DNA of 64,000 bases, from the IMG/VR virus record IMGVR_UViG_3300046733_000629; one strand, given 5' to 3'. Below the pieces are notes generated by a model that was not told where the DNA came from, did not search any database, and worked only from the letters and a program-made list of their open reading frames with translations. Within the stretch, counting starts at the first letter, position 1. The number at the start of each line of letters is the position of its first letter. Below are positions 18,181-28,076 of the stretch, piece after piece. Position numbers and translations under genes: made by a program. The stretch comes from a virus (taxonomy: Duplodnaviria > Caudoviricetes).

Positions 18181-19431
18181 ATGGAACTTAGACCCAAAAC
18201 TGTTAGAGAAAAAATAGAAGAACTTCCAACAAAAAGTTATTGTGCATATGCATGGTCAGGTGCAGCAATAGGACCAACCGGTGATGTATTTCCATGTTGT
18301 AGATGGCAAGGACCTCACACTCAAGGTGACCCTAACGTTCCAAACATTAAAGATGGGTTAGTAGCAGCCAGAGAAGGAAAATATTTTTCTAGAATAAGAG
18401 AGCAAATGATCAATGGAGAATATCCTTCTGGTTGTGCTAAATGCTGGAGAATAGAAAAGAAAAGATTAGAAGAAGAAGATGCAGGAATTCCTAGCCCACA
18501 GGATAGTGTACCTAGAGTACAAATTGGTCACAGAATAAAAGTAACATCAACTAAACCTCAAACTGAAAAGATTAGATACTTAGAAACAGGTGTTAGTAAC
18601 TTGTGTAATATGGCATGTGTAATGTGTGGACCATTAGCAAGTAGTACAATATTTTCAATAAAAAATCCAGGTGTAAAAGTTCCCAAAGGCTTTCACCAAG
18701 ATAATACTAACATTGATGATGACTTATCAGAATTACGTTATTTAAAATTTGTAGGTGGTGAGCCTATGTTAGAAAAGAAACATGATGACTTACTAGAAAT
18801 GGTTATTAACCAAAACGCTGATCCTTCTCAACTAGAAATGGAATACCATACTAATGCAAGTGTATTTCCTAGTGAACGTGTTATAGCATGTTGGAAGAAA
18901 ATAAAACTAGTAAGAATTATTTTTAGTTTAGATGGAGTAGGTGACAAAGTTAAACTTCAAAGGCCAGGAAAATATGTTTGGCAAGATTTAGAAGATACTG
19001 TAGATAAGTATGTAGCTATAACTAATGAAGTCAATATAGAATTTTCATCCAATACAGTATTAACTTCATTGAATATAGGACAAGGAATTGATACAGTAAA
19101 ATGGCTTTATAAAAAAGTAGGTAAATGTACGTTAGGTTGGTTTAATGTTAACCCAGAAGTTATGCCAAAGGTATCATCAAAGTATTTAAATCATAGAAAC
19201 CTAAGTAAAGAAACTAAAGAAAGAATTAAAAAAGAAATAGCTGATTTTAAACAATCAGAACACCCGGCATTAAAGACACCAATTGCTAAAATTTTAGATA
19301 TTATTCTACATCACATAGATGAGCATGGTGACTTAGACGAAGACTTGACCAGAGAATTGATTTTAGAAAAACATACTAATAAAGATAGATGGAAACACTT
19401 TGGTGAAGAATTAAAAAATTTAGATATATAG
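18181..19431 (+). CDS. Radical SAM protein with N-terminal twitch-type domain
   Basis: YCAYAW..VFPCC..CAKC; CNMACVMC; FVGGEP. Confidence 0.92.
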   Translation: MELRPKTVREKIEELPTKSYCAYAWSGAAIGPTGDVFPCCRWQGPHTQGDPNVPNIKDGLVAAREGKYFSRIREQMINGEYPSGCAKCWRIEKKRLEEEDAGIPSPQDSVPRVQIGHRIKVTSTKPQTEKIRYLETGVSNLCNMACVMCGPLASSTIFSIKNPGVKVPKGFHQDNTNIDDDLSELRYLKFVGGEPMLEKKHDDLLEMVINQNADPSQLEMEYHTNASVFPSERVIACWKKIKLVRIIFSLDGVGDKVKLQRPGKYVWQDLEDTVDKYVAITNEVNIEFSSNTVLTSLNIGQGIDTVKWLYKKVGKCTLGWFNVNPEVMPKVSSKYLNHRNLSKETKERIKKEIADFKQSEHPALKTPIAKILDIILHHIDEHGDLDEDLTRELILEKHTNKDRWKHFGEELKNLDI

Positions 19432-19439
19432 GAAAGAAC

Positions 19440-19976
19440 ATGAAATACATTTTAGTTGCTCTCAAAGAAGAGCTACCAGACCATGATTTACCTTCATCAG
19501 AATTCCAAGTATGGTATACTGGTGTTGGAAAAGTAAACGCATCTATATTTGCTACGTTAGCATGTATACAAAAAGACTGTGAAGCTGTTATTAATTACGG
19601 AACAGCAGGTACATTAAAACCTGAACTAGCCGGACAGTTACTACAAATAGGTACAGTTAGACAACGTGATATGGATGCAAGACCACAAGCAGAATTAGGT
19701 GTTACACCTTTTGATAATTCAGGATTTGATGGTGATATAGAACTTAGTAACAGTGCATACATATTAAGCACAGGTGATAACTTTGTAACGTCAGCACCAG
19801 AACTTGAAAGTGATTGTGTTGATATGGAAGCATATGCAATTGCCAAAGTATGTAAACACTTTCAAAAGCCATTTATATGTTATAAATATATTAGTGATTT
19901 AGCTGATGAGAATGCAGCAAAGACTTGGGTCGAAAATCAATCTAAAGGAGCTGATGCTTTTATAGCAATGACATAA
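19440..19976 (+). CDS. mtnN: 5'-methylthioadenosine/S-adenosylhomocysteine nucleosidase (PNP_UDP_1 family)
   Basis: TGVGKVNA, INYGTAG, STGDNFV, VDMEAYAIA, KYISDLAD motifs. Confidence 0.85.
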   Translation: MKYILVALKEELPDHDLPSSEFQVWYTGVGKVNASIFATLACIQKDCEAVINYGTAGTLKPELAGQLLQIGTVRQRDMDARPQAELGVTPFDNSGFDGDIELSNSAYILSTGDNFVTSAPELESDCVDMEAYAIAKVCKHFQKPFICYKYISDLADENAAKTWVENQSKGADAFIAMT

Positions 19977-19977
19977 T

Positions 19978-21231
19978 ATGAGTGGATTCTGTGCATTACC
20001 ATTTGTTCAATATAGTACATACAACGGAGGTCGTTTTAGATTATGTTGTATGGCTAAAGAACCTACTGAACTTGTTAATCAAGAGAAGCTAGGTATTGAT
20101 GGTACATGGAATCACAAATATATAAAAGAAGTAAGACGTAAAATGACTGCTGGTGAGAAACTACCAGAGTGTATTGAATGTCATCATTTAGAGCGTAATG
20201 GAATAATGAGTTCACGCCAATGGGAAAACAAAGTATGGGCAGATGTTATTGATGATATAGTAGCAGATGCATCAGCTAATGATTGGAAAGTTGATCAGCC
20301 ATTACAATTTGATTTTAGACTTGGTAACTTATGCAATTTGCAATGCCAGATGTGCAACAAAGAAGCATCTCATTTAGTGAGTGTGGAACGTGCGGCAATG
20401 GTACAAAGCGGACTCGGAGCGAACCATCCTGATTGGGACGGCAATATTGCAAATAAAAAAGAAGCATTACTTCAACCAGGGATTGAATGGGAAAGTTTTG
20501 AAAGAATGTTACCTTATGCTCGTAAGATAAAACTGATAGGTGGCGAACCAACAGTAGCACAAGATATGTTTAAGTTGTTAGATATTGCAACAGAAAGTGG
20601 ACATGCTGAACATATTGAATTAAGTTTTTACACAAACATAACTAACATGCAAGACAAATGGCTTAATCAACTAGCTAAGTTTGAGAAAGTAATTGTTAAC
20701 TGTTCGTTAGAAGGAATGGGAGATATGAATGATTATTTACGTCCTCCATCTAAATGGGCAAGTGTTTGGAAGAATTTTGATAAATTAGTACAGTTTGCTG
20801 ATACTAAAGCAGGTAAGCGTATTAAGGTACGTGTTACTACAGTAAACCAAATGACCAACGCATTGCATATAACTAAGTTTTGGAAGTATATGCATGATTA
20901 CCAGATGACTAGTAATAGAGGCATTGGCATGAGTACCAATCAGTTAGTAGAGCCGGCATACTATAGCATGGCAAATGCTCCTGAATGGTTAAAGAAAGAA
21001 CAACGTGAACAGATTTTGGAATTTCTCAAAAGCATTGGCAATAGTCCGCATTTTGAGCAATATGAAGAACCTCTTATGGAGGTTGTTAATTTTAGTTTGG
21101 ATACTGAGCATAAGTATGATGCTGACATCATGCAACAGTATGTTCAAATCACAGAAAACTACGACAGATTCAGACAACACGATATTACCAAAGTGTCGCC
21201 CGAATTTGAAAGAATTAAAAGAGACCTCTGA
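19978..21231 (+). CDS. Radical SAM protein with N-terminal twitch-type domain
   Basis: FCALPF..FRLCC..CIEC; CNLQCQMC; LIGGEP. Confidence 0.92.
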   Translation: MSGFCALPFVQYSTYNGGRFRLCCMAKEPTELVNQEKLGIDGTWNHKYIKEVRRKMTAGEKLPECIECHHLERNGIMSSRQWENKVWADVIDDIVADASANDWKVDQPLQFDFRLGNLCNLQCQMCNKEASHLVSVERAAMVQSGLGANHPDWDGNIANKKEALLQPGIEWESFERMLPYARKIKLIGGEPTVAQDMFKLLDIATESGHAEHIELSFYTNITNMQDKWLNQLAKFEKVIVNCSLEGMGDMNDYLRPPSKWASVWKNFDKLVQFADTKAGKRIKVRVTTVNQMTNALHITKFWKYMHDYQMTSNRGIGMSTNQLVEPAYYSMANAPEWLKKEQREQILEFLKSIGNSPHFEQYEEPLMEVVNFSLDTEHKYDADIMQQYVQITENYDRFRQHDITKVSPEFERIKRDL

Positions 21232-21288
21232 TATAACTGAAGCAGAAACTTATCGTCAGTGGGATTGTAAATGGAGTATTGATTTTTA

Positions 21289-22434
21289 ATGAAGTATGGA
21301 TTTAACAGTTGGAATAGTTGGGATAGACTAAAAGAATGCATGGTTGGCAATGTATATCCTACAGATTTCTTTTCAGTATATAAAGATAAAAGAATAGGTG
21401 ATGCATTAGAAAAAGTAAATGAAGATTCTAGACAAGATATTGCCAACCTTATTAATATTTTAAAAAGTGCAAGTGTCAAAGTAATACAAACGCCTAGTAA
21501 GTTTATAGACAAACGAGGCAATACAATTGATGATGTAAATAAAAACATTGAATATAGTAATACAATTCAAAAACCAATGCTTAGTCCTAGAGATGATTTT
21601 ATTGTAATGGGTGATACACTAGTTAATACAAGTGCTAATCATGCATATAACACATGGGGACCGTGGCAAGGTTGTGATGACTATATTAATCTTACTCGTG
21701 ATTTTGATGAAAAGTGGAATGATCCAGAAATGACTAAGTTCAAGGAAACATTAATGACGGATGAGTTTGATGTAGATGCACCTTGTATTATGCGAGCAGG
21801 TAAAGATATACAAGTTGATATAAGCCATCATAACAAAGGAACTATGGAATTTGCTAATACTTGGTTACCTAAACATATGCCTAATTTTAGAGTAAACACA
21901 ATAGAAATGGGTGGACACAGTGATGCAGTTATTTGTTTAGTTAAGCCAGGATTAATTATAAGTCATAGAAAAGTTAATAATTATGATGAACTATATCCTG
22001 GATGGGAAGTAATATATGTAGACAGACCAATGGACGAATATATAGATGCATATTGGGAACAAAAGAATAATATACCTAGTGTAATTAATTACTGGATAGA
22101 TGGTCAAGAAAGTAATAATGTATTACATGAATTTATAGGCAAGTGGATGCAAGTAGGACATGTTTACGAAACACATTTTAATGTTAATTGTTTAAGCATA
22201 GACGAAAGTACACTTGTATGTAATTATTATGATAAAGAACTAGCACAGAAATTAAAAAAACATAATGTTGAATTAGTAGAAGCACCAATGAGACACAGAC
22301 ATTTTTGGGATTGTGGAGTACATTGTGCAACAGTTGATTTGATAAGAGAAGGTGAATGTAAGGATTATTTTCCAACTAGAAAACAAGGACAATTTTTTGG
22401 AAAGCCGTGGGGAAATAATGAGACAAGAAGATAA
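21289..22434 (+). CDS. Amidinotransferase (pentein; GATM/StrB1-like)
   Basis: NSWNSWDRLKE, SPRDD, GHSD, CGVHCAT with the catalytic Cys. Confidence 0.88.
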   Translation: MKYGFNSWNSWDRLKECMVGNVYPTDFFSVYKDKRIGDALEKVNEDSRQDIANLINILKSASVKVIQTPSKFIDKRGNTIDDVNKNIEYSNTIQKPMLSPRDDFIVMGDTLVNTSANHAYNTWGPWQGCDDYINLTRDFDEKWNDPEMTKFKETLMTDEFDVDAPCIMRAGKDIQVDISHHNKGTMEFANTWLPKHMPNFRVNTIEMGGHSDAVICLVKPGLIISHRKVNNYDELYPGWEVIYVDRPMDEYIDAYWEQKNNIPSVINYWIDGQESNNVLHEFIGKWMQVGHVYETHFNVNCLSIDESTLVCNYYDKELAQKLKKHNVELVEAPMRHRHFWDCGVHCATVDLIREGECKDYFPTRKQGQFFGKPWGNNETRR

Positions 22435-23641
22435 ATTTGGATTTAAAAGTTACAACAGTTGGGATCCATTAAAAAAAGTATTAATAGGAAGTACATTACC
22501 TAAAGACTTTTTTGCAGATTTTCCAGATAAAAAAGTAGCAGATGCTATGACCAAAGTAAATGAAGAAACACGTGAAGACTTGGATTACTTTGCAAAAGTT
22601 TTAGAAGAATCGTATGGTGTGCAAGTTTACAGAATGCCTGAAGCTTGTGTACTAAAAGACAGAAGATATAACAGTGTAGCAGAATTTATAGACTCTAATG
22701 GATATATTCCTAAACCATTTAATGCACCTAGAGACGATCAAATTATATTTGGTGAACATATGATTACAGGAACTACAAATCCTGTACATAGAATATTTCA
22801 CGGAACAAAAGAAGATACACATAATATATTCGACAACTATGCACCTTGGGCTGGCTGTAGTGATTTAATTGATATTGCTGATCCTCAACAAGAATTAAAC
22901 ATATTTGATGCAGTAGGTAAACCAGGCTTTACAATGAGTTGGCCTAGTATTATGAGAGCTGGCAAAGACATTATAATTGACATACACGACTTCAACGGTC
23001 CTACAAGACATTTAGCAGAAGCATGGGTAGATAAATTTAATGAGAAGTTTGGATATGATTTTAGAATAAACACAACAACAATGGGTGGTCATACTGATGC
23101 AGTTATGGCACTTGTAAAACCTGGACTTATAATAAGTCATACTAACGTAAACAAATATGAACAAACATTTCCTGGGTGGGATGTTATTAAAATACAACGA
23201 GCTCACAATGATCATACAACAGCATGGAATGACTTTCGTATATCTGAAAAAGATAAATGGAGAGGATCTAAAAAAAGACCTGTAGCAGATTATTGGATTG
23301 CTGGAGAAGAACATAATGTTGCATTAAATAAGTTTATTGATTTATATATGCATCCAAGCGTAGGTAGTTGCTTTGAAACTAACTTTGATGTTAATTGTTT
23401 AAGCATAGATGAGAATACAGTAGTTGCTAGTGGTCCTAGTAAAGTATTAGAGGACAAACTTGGCGAGCATAAGGTAGATGTAATTACTTGCAATATGCGT
23501 CATAGATTTTTCTGGGATGGCGGATTACATTGTGCAACTGTAGACTTATATCGCGAAGGCGATTGTGAAGATTATTTTCCAGAACGTACTACTGGTATTG
23601 ATTTTGGAAAACTATGGGGCAATAACGAACTACGCAGGTAA
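22418..23641 (+). CDS. Amidinotransferase (pentein), tandem paralog
   Basis: SYNSWDPLKK, APRDD, GHTD, GGLHCAT; ATG 22418 within ORF 22352..23641. Confidence 0.88.
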   Translation: MRQEDKFGFKSYNSWDPLKKVLIGSTLPKDFFADFPDKKVADAMTKVNEETREDLDYFAKVLEESYGVQVYRMPEACVLKDRRYNSVAEFIDSNGYIPKPFNAPRDDQIIFGEHMITGTTNPVHRIFHGTKEDTHNIFDNYAPWAGCSDLIDIADPQQELNIFDAVGKPGFTMSWPSIMRAGKDIIIDIHDFNGPTRHLAEAWVDKFNEKFGYDFRINTTTMGGHTDAVMALVKPGLIISHTNVNKYEQTFPGWDVIKIQRAHNDHTTAWNDFRISEKDKWRGSKKRPVADYWIAGEEHNVALNKFIDLYMHPSVGSCFETNFDVNCLSIDENTVVASGPSKVLEDKLGEHKVDVITCNMRHRFFWDGGLHCATVDLYREGDCEDYFPERTTGIDFGKLWGNNELRR

Positions 23642-23709
23642 AACTAATAGTTAATCATTACATTCTCTGAAATAAATATAATAAAGACAAATTCTATAGG
23701 AGATTAATT

Positions 23710-25122
23710 ATGGCACAAAAAGCGTTTATGGCAGATGCTGGAGTTCGTTTAAACGATTGGACTATCGTAGAATTAGCAAATGGCGATCTGCAAGTTTCAA
23801 ATATGCATACAATATCAGGCTCACAACGAATGTTTAGAGTTGATAAAGGATTACGTATTGGTGATTGGAGAATGACTATTGACGGTAACGGAGATATGTT
23901 ATTATCAGAGACTGCAATAACAGGATCGCAAAGACCTTTTATAGCAGATGGCGGAGTTAAGATTGGTGATTGGACATTACATCAAACACCAGACGGTGAT
24001 CTACATGCAGAAAAAGATGCAGTATCAATAAACTATAGCTTATCGTGCGATTATTCAACAGTTAATGAAGGTGGTACAGTTACCATAACGTTAACAACAA
24101 CAGGCGTAGCCAATGGAACTACCTTGCCATATACAATTACAGGAGTTGCTAGTGCAGATATTGATAATGCTAGCCTTACAGGAAACTTTGTAACTGGAAC
24201 AACTGATTCCATAACTTTAAACATTACAGCTGATACTACTACAGAAGGAACAGAAACTTTACAAATAGCATTAGATAATGGCAACGCAAGTAAGAGTGTT
24301 ACAATTAATGATACATCAACAACACCAGCTACTCAAGACGCTTCTGATTTTAATTGGAGCGTAACAACAACAATTGATCATTCTACTAATGGTGCTAATA
24401 CTATCAGCAGTAGTAATTATGACGATGCAAATTATCAGGCGCAATTAGCAGAAGGTGATACTATGACATGGACAGCAACAACAAATGCACCAAATGGAAC
24501 TACAGTATATTTCACTACTGTTTCAACATATTATGGTAGCTATGATTCAGCTGGTGATCCAAATTGGAATGACATATCAGGTAATCCTGGAACAAGTGGA
24601 ACTCTAACAGTTTCAAACGGACAAGTTAGTGCTACTATAACTGCGATAAGTGATAACACCGCAGAAGATGGCGAACTGAGACAAGTTTGGTTAATGAAAC
24701 AAGCAGGTGATTATAGTAATGTTCTTTCTAAATCACAATGGTTCCATATTGCTGATCCATCACAAAACTGGACTGCTCCATCGTCAGGTGAAACATTTAC
24801 AGGTGGTGAATACTACATGGACTCAGGCTCATCACAAGCACAATGGTATACAGCAGCTGACGGTTCAAATGGAAACGCACAAGTCCGTATTAGAATAGAT
24901 GAAGGACACGATCATGACTTACGCCGTGATATTAACTATGTTCTAGATAACTTATCAACAGGTGATACATTCTATGTTGGTACAACATCAGGAACTTCAA
25001 TGACAGTAACAGGTAATATTACTAAGACTCAAATCAGTGGCGATTATTATGATTATTACTTTGATGTAAGTGTAGCACCATCAAGTACAACATACTTTTA
25101 CGAATATACAGTAGTAGCATAA
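23710..25122 (+). CDS. Putative virion structural/fibre protein with N-terminal repeats and Calx-beta/Ig-like Thr-rich domains
   Basis: Three ~33-aa repeats (DxGvrigDWt...GDl); VNEGGTVTITLTTTGVANGTTLPYTITG...ADTTTEGTETL domain; ATAAATA 23672-23678 plus GGAG RBS. Confidence 0.6.
   Translation: MAQKAFMADAGVRLNDWTIVELANGDLQVSNMHTISGSQRMFRVDKGLRIGDWRMTIDGNGDMLLSETAITGSQRPFIADGGVKIGDWTLHQTPDGDLHAEKDAVSINYSLSCDYSTVNEGGTVTITLTTTGVANGTTLPYTITGVASADIDNASLTGNFVTGTTDSITLNITADTTTEGTETLQIALDNGNASKSVTINDTSTTPATQDASDFNWSVTTTIDHSTNGANTISSSNYDDANYQAQLAEGDTMTWTATTNAPNGTTVYFTTVSTYYGSYDSAGDPNWNDISGNPGTSGTLTVSNGQVSATITAISDNTAEDGELRQVWLMKQAGDYSNVLSKSQWFHIADPSQNWTAPSSGETFTGGEYYMDSGSSQAQWYTAADGSNGNAQVRIRIDEGHDHDLRRDINYVLDNLSTGDTFYVGTTSGTSMTVTGNITKTQISGDYYDYYFDVSVAPSSTTYFYEYTVVA
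23722..24010 (+). repeat. Three degenerate ~99-bp coding tandem repeats
   Basis: Units AFMADAGVRLNDWT / GSQRMFRVDKGLRIGDWR / GSQRPFIADGGVKIGDWT. Confidence 0.75.
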
Positions 25123-25130
25123 TAAATAGA

Positions 25131-25961
25131 TTATAGATTTATAATTCTTTTAGCCATGCATAGGTCAGGCTTAACCAAGCTCTCATTTAATATATCAGCT
25201 TCAAAACATTGTAGCTTTGTACCAAACACAATTTGATGTGTTATCCATTGTGCATTAAAGAACCAAATGTCACCTGGATTAAAAGTAATATAATGTAATG
25301 GGTGGTGAAATTGATCCCATTGTTGTTCATTCCAAACACATCTATTACGCATTTCAGTAATAAATGTATGTATATCGTTTTTGTTTAACTCACCTAAATT
25401 AAATTCATCTTTATAATCATAGTACATTTTTTCTAAGTCAGGTCCAAAAGATAACACTCTAGGACGTTTCTTATCTAGTTGTACAAACATACGTATCTGT
25501 TGTTCATTGCCTGTATGTTGTTCATCTAGTTCGTCTAGGTGTAGTTTATTTTCTACTAATGTATTGTATCTGTGACTGAGCATACGTTCGGTTGTTTTGT
25601 AATGTGGGAATAGCATATCAAATACTTCGTTCCAACCTTGTTGTGATTGTTTATGCTTCTTATGAAACAAGTCTATTTGTTCCTCAGACCAATTACGTTC
25701 ATCTCTTAATCTATTACGTTTTTTGATATGGCTGTTATACCATGGCATAATCCATTTATTATCGGGGATAGTCCAATCTGGTAAGTCGTTATAATAATCA
25801 TAATCAAGTTGTGGAATAGTTAAGTTCTTAATAACCACTGGCCATCCGCTCTCAAATGCTTCGTATACCTTATAATTATCTGTTAAATCTTCTTTCTTTG
25901 CGTCAAACACATTGACAACAAAGTCGTCTCCTGCTATAATATCTTTAGCGATTCGGGTCAT
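25131..25961 (-). CDS. Kdo-hydroxylase (KdoO)-like Fe(II) oxygenase
   Basis: KLHLDE...IRMFVQLDKKRPRV and FNPGDIWFFNAQWITHQIVFG resemble KdoO LHVD...LRVFTNINP..PRVW and FPPG..W...HA..SG (recalled alignment); GGAG RBS before ATG 25961. Confidence 0.55.
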   Translation of the reverse strand: MTRIAKDIIAGDDFVVNVFDAKKEDLTDNYKVYEAFESGWPVVIKNLTIPQLDYDYYNDLPDWTIPDNKWIMPWYNSHIKKRNRLRDERNWSEEQIDLFHKKHKQSQQGWNEVFDMLFPHYKTTERMLSHRYNTLVENKLHLDELDEQHTGNEQQIRMFVQLDKKRPRVLSFGPDLEKMYYDYKDEFNLGELNKNDIHTFITEMRNRCVWNEQQWDQFHHPLHYITFNPGDIWFFNAQWITHQIVFGTKLQCFEADILNESLVKPDLCMAKRIINL

Positions 25962-25983
25962 ATGTACTCCATTATATATGTAG

Positions 25984-25997
25984 ATAAATATATTTAT
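25984..25997. promoter_or_regulatory. Palindrome ATAAATATATTTAT (late-promoter-like motif on both strands)
   Basis: Perfect 14-bp inverted repeat in the only divergent junction inside the cluster. Confidence 0.5.
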
Positions 25998-26676
25998 GAC
26001 AGTTGATAATGGTACATATGCTGGTTTAAATATAAATTTTATGCGAGTTGGCAGAAGATTTAATGTTGATGCTAGTACCAGATGTAATTTATTATGCCCA
26101 GGTTGTACAAGAACACAAGACATGGCGGCTGGAAATCGTAATTGGGATATAACAGATTTAAAACTTGAATACTTACAAGCATTGTTACATCCTAGAAATA
26201 GAATTAGTTGTGTTACTTATAATGGTGCTCTTAGCGATCCAATATACAGTGGTACAATGACAGAACAATTGGAATATATTAATACTTTAGAATTTAGACC
26301 CAGAGTAATTATTTCAACTAATGGCAGTGGACGTAATGAAAAGTGGTGGAAACATTTTTCTAGTTTATTAAGAAAACAAGATTGGCTACAATTTAGCATT
26401 GACGGATTAGAAGATACTAATCACATATATAGAGTCAATGCAAGATGGAATAGTATTATGGCAGGAGTAAAAACTGTCAGAGAAAATTGGAATGGAAGTC
26501 TATGGTGGAGATACGTAGTGTTTGAACACAATTATCATCAAGTAGGTAAAGCTAAACAATTAGCTGAGGAGTTGGGATTTGATAAATTTCAACCAATGGT
26601 TGGTGATAGAAGAACTCCGGCACATATGTTATTAAAAAGTGCAACATGGCAAGAGATATTAAATGATATATCCTAG
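25996..26676 (+). CDS. Radical SAM core domain (no C-terminal SPASM)
   Basis: CNLLCPGC; STNGS; FSIDG; VFEHNYHQ. Confidence 0.88.
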   Translation: MTVDNGTYAGLNINFMRVGRRFNVDASTRCNLLCPGCTRTQDMAAGNRNWDITDLKLEYLQALLHPRNRISCVTYNGALSDPIYSGTMTEQLEYINTLEFRPRVIISTNGSGRNEKWWKHFSSLLRKQDWLQFSIDGLEDTNHIYRVNARWNSIMAGVKTVRENWNGSLWWRYVVFEHNYHQVGKAKQLAEELGFDKFQPMVGDRRTPAHMLLKSATWQEILNDIS

Positions 26677-27016
26677 ATGCAAAGTAGTAGGACCAAACGC
26701 TAACTCAGAAGCAATGTCAATGAGATTTGACGGCTATGTTGTTCCATGTTGTCATATGAATAGTCAACATGCAATGGATAAGTTATCATTGTTCTTGGGT
26801 AAAGATGTAAAAAATATACACATTACAAGTGGACATAGTATAGATGAAATAAATACTAGCAAAGAATATAAACGTATTGAAGATAGTTGGAACACACCTA
26901 CACCTTTTTCAATTTGTAAAAGTGCATGTGGTAGACCAGGTGAAATAGGTCCAGACATACATCGCACAGGAACACAATTCGTTCAAAAGACTTTAAACAA
27001 GGATACACATGAATAA
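26663..27016 (+). CDS. Stand-alone SPASM/twitch-type Fe-S domain
   Basis: YPRC...GYVVPCCH...ICKSACG. Confidence 0.75.
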   Translation: MIYPRCKVVGPNANSEAMSMRFDGYVVPCCHMNSQHAMDKLSLFLGKDVKNIHITSGHSIDEINTSKEYKRIEDSWNTPTPFSICKSACGRPGEIGPDIHRTGTQFVQKTLNKDTHE

Positions 27017-28076
27017 ATCAGTAAATGCATGGAGCGAGTTTCAACCGCTAAAAAAAGTAGTGCTTGGCGCTCCGTTTCCACCTGAAACATTTGATTGGCA
27101 TAAGGACAAAGAGACTCGTGATGTTATGCGTCAGATCTTTACAGAAACAGCAGAGGACTTACAAGTGCTGGAGGGGATATTAAAGGGCAAAGGTATTGAA
27201 GTAATACGTCCAAAGAATATATTTACAATCACAGGTGAAGAACAGATTCAATTACCATGGATGCATTGTGGTTTTCCAAACCACCCATTAATGCCACGTG
27301 ATACATTAATGCCATATGGTAATAGTATTTTTGAACTGTTTACAGGTAGCGATAATCGCTACTTTGAAAATCTCGCATATTACGATCATTGTAGTAAATG
27401 GTTTCGTGAAGGTGCAGATTGGGTTAGTATGCCAGGAGTACTAGTAGAGAGTGGTAAAAAATACGACCACTTTGTAAAAAACGATCGACTGCTTTATCAT
27501 GCGGCTAATATGATAAAGTGTGGACGCCACGTTTTGTTTAGCCAACCTTACGAGGGAGACAATAAACGAGGCAGAGGAACGGCACTGGGCCGCGAATGGA
27601 TTCAACGTGAAATAAAGTTGCGATATCCAGACACCCAATTTTTGGACATACCAGTAGGAGGACACATCGACGGAAAAATAGCTCTACTAAAACCTGGCGT
27701 ACTGATGACCTGGAATAAAAACTGGGTACCAGAAGAAATGAAAAACTGGACTATTATTGAAGTAGATGATGACTTTGATATGCCCGAAGACTTTCAACAA
27801 ACTCGTAAGCGTAGATTTCATAAAGAATATGTAAGCAAGTGGTTAGAGCATTGGGTAGGTTGTCCAGATGAAAGTGTGTTTGATGTTAATGTATTATCAT
27901 TAGATGAAAGCACAGTTATTTGTACAGGAAAAAACGAACAAGCATTTGCTGAAATGGAAGCACACGGCATTGAACCAATTTACTGGAATTTTAGACATCA
28001 GTATTTTTGGGATGGTGGCATTCACTGTTTAACAAGTGATATAGTTAGAGAAGGAGATTGTGAGAGTTATGTATAA
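27009..28076 (+). CDS. Amidinotransferase (pentein), third paralog
   Basis: NAWSEFQPLKK, MPRDT, GHIDG, GGIHCLT. Confidence 0.9.
   Translation: MNKSVNAWSEFQPLKKVVLGAPFPPETFDWHKDKETRDVMRQIFTETAEDLQVLEGILKGKGIEVIRPKNIFTITGEEQIQLPWMHCGFPNHPLMPRDTLMPYGNSIFELFTGSDNRYFENLAYYDHCSKWFREGADWVSMPGVLVESGKKYDHFVKNDRLLYHAANMIKCGRHVLFSQPYEGDNKRGRGTALGREWIQREIKLRYPDTQFLDIPVGGHIDGKIALLKPGVLMTWNKNWVPEEMKNWTIIEVDDDFDMPEDFQQTRKRRFHKEYVSKWLEHWVGCPDESVFDVNVLSLDESTVICTGKNEQAFAEMEAHGIEPIYWNFRHQYFWDGGIHCLTSDIVREGDCESYV

Noticed and set aside
21005-21289. ORF 21005..21289, whose tail fills the gap before the first amidinotransferase
   Set aside because: It mostly overlaps the rSAM gene in another frame, and there is no start codon or RBS for the free-standing tail.
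25122-25128. ATAAATA immediately after the structural-like gene
   Set aside because: It points into the 3' end of a convergent gene with no downstream + strand start, so it is probably a chance match in AT-rich DNA.
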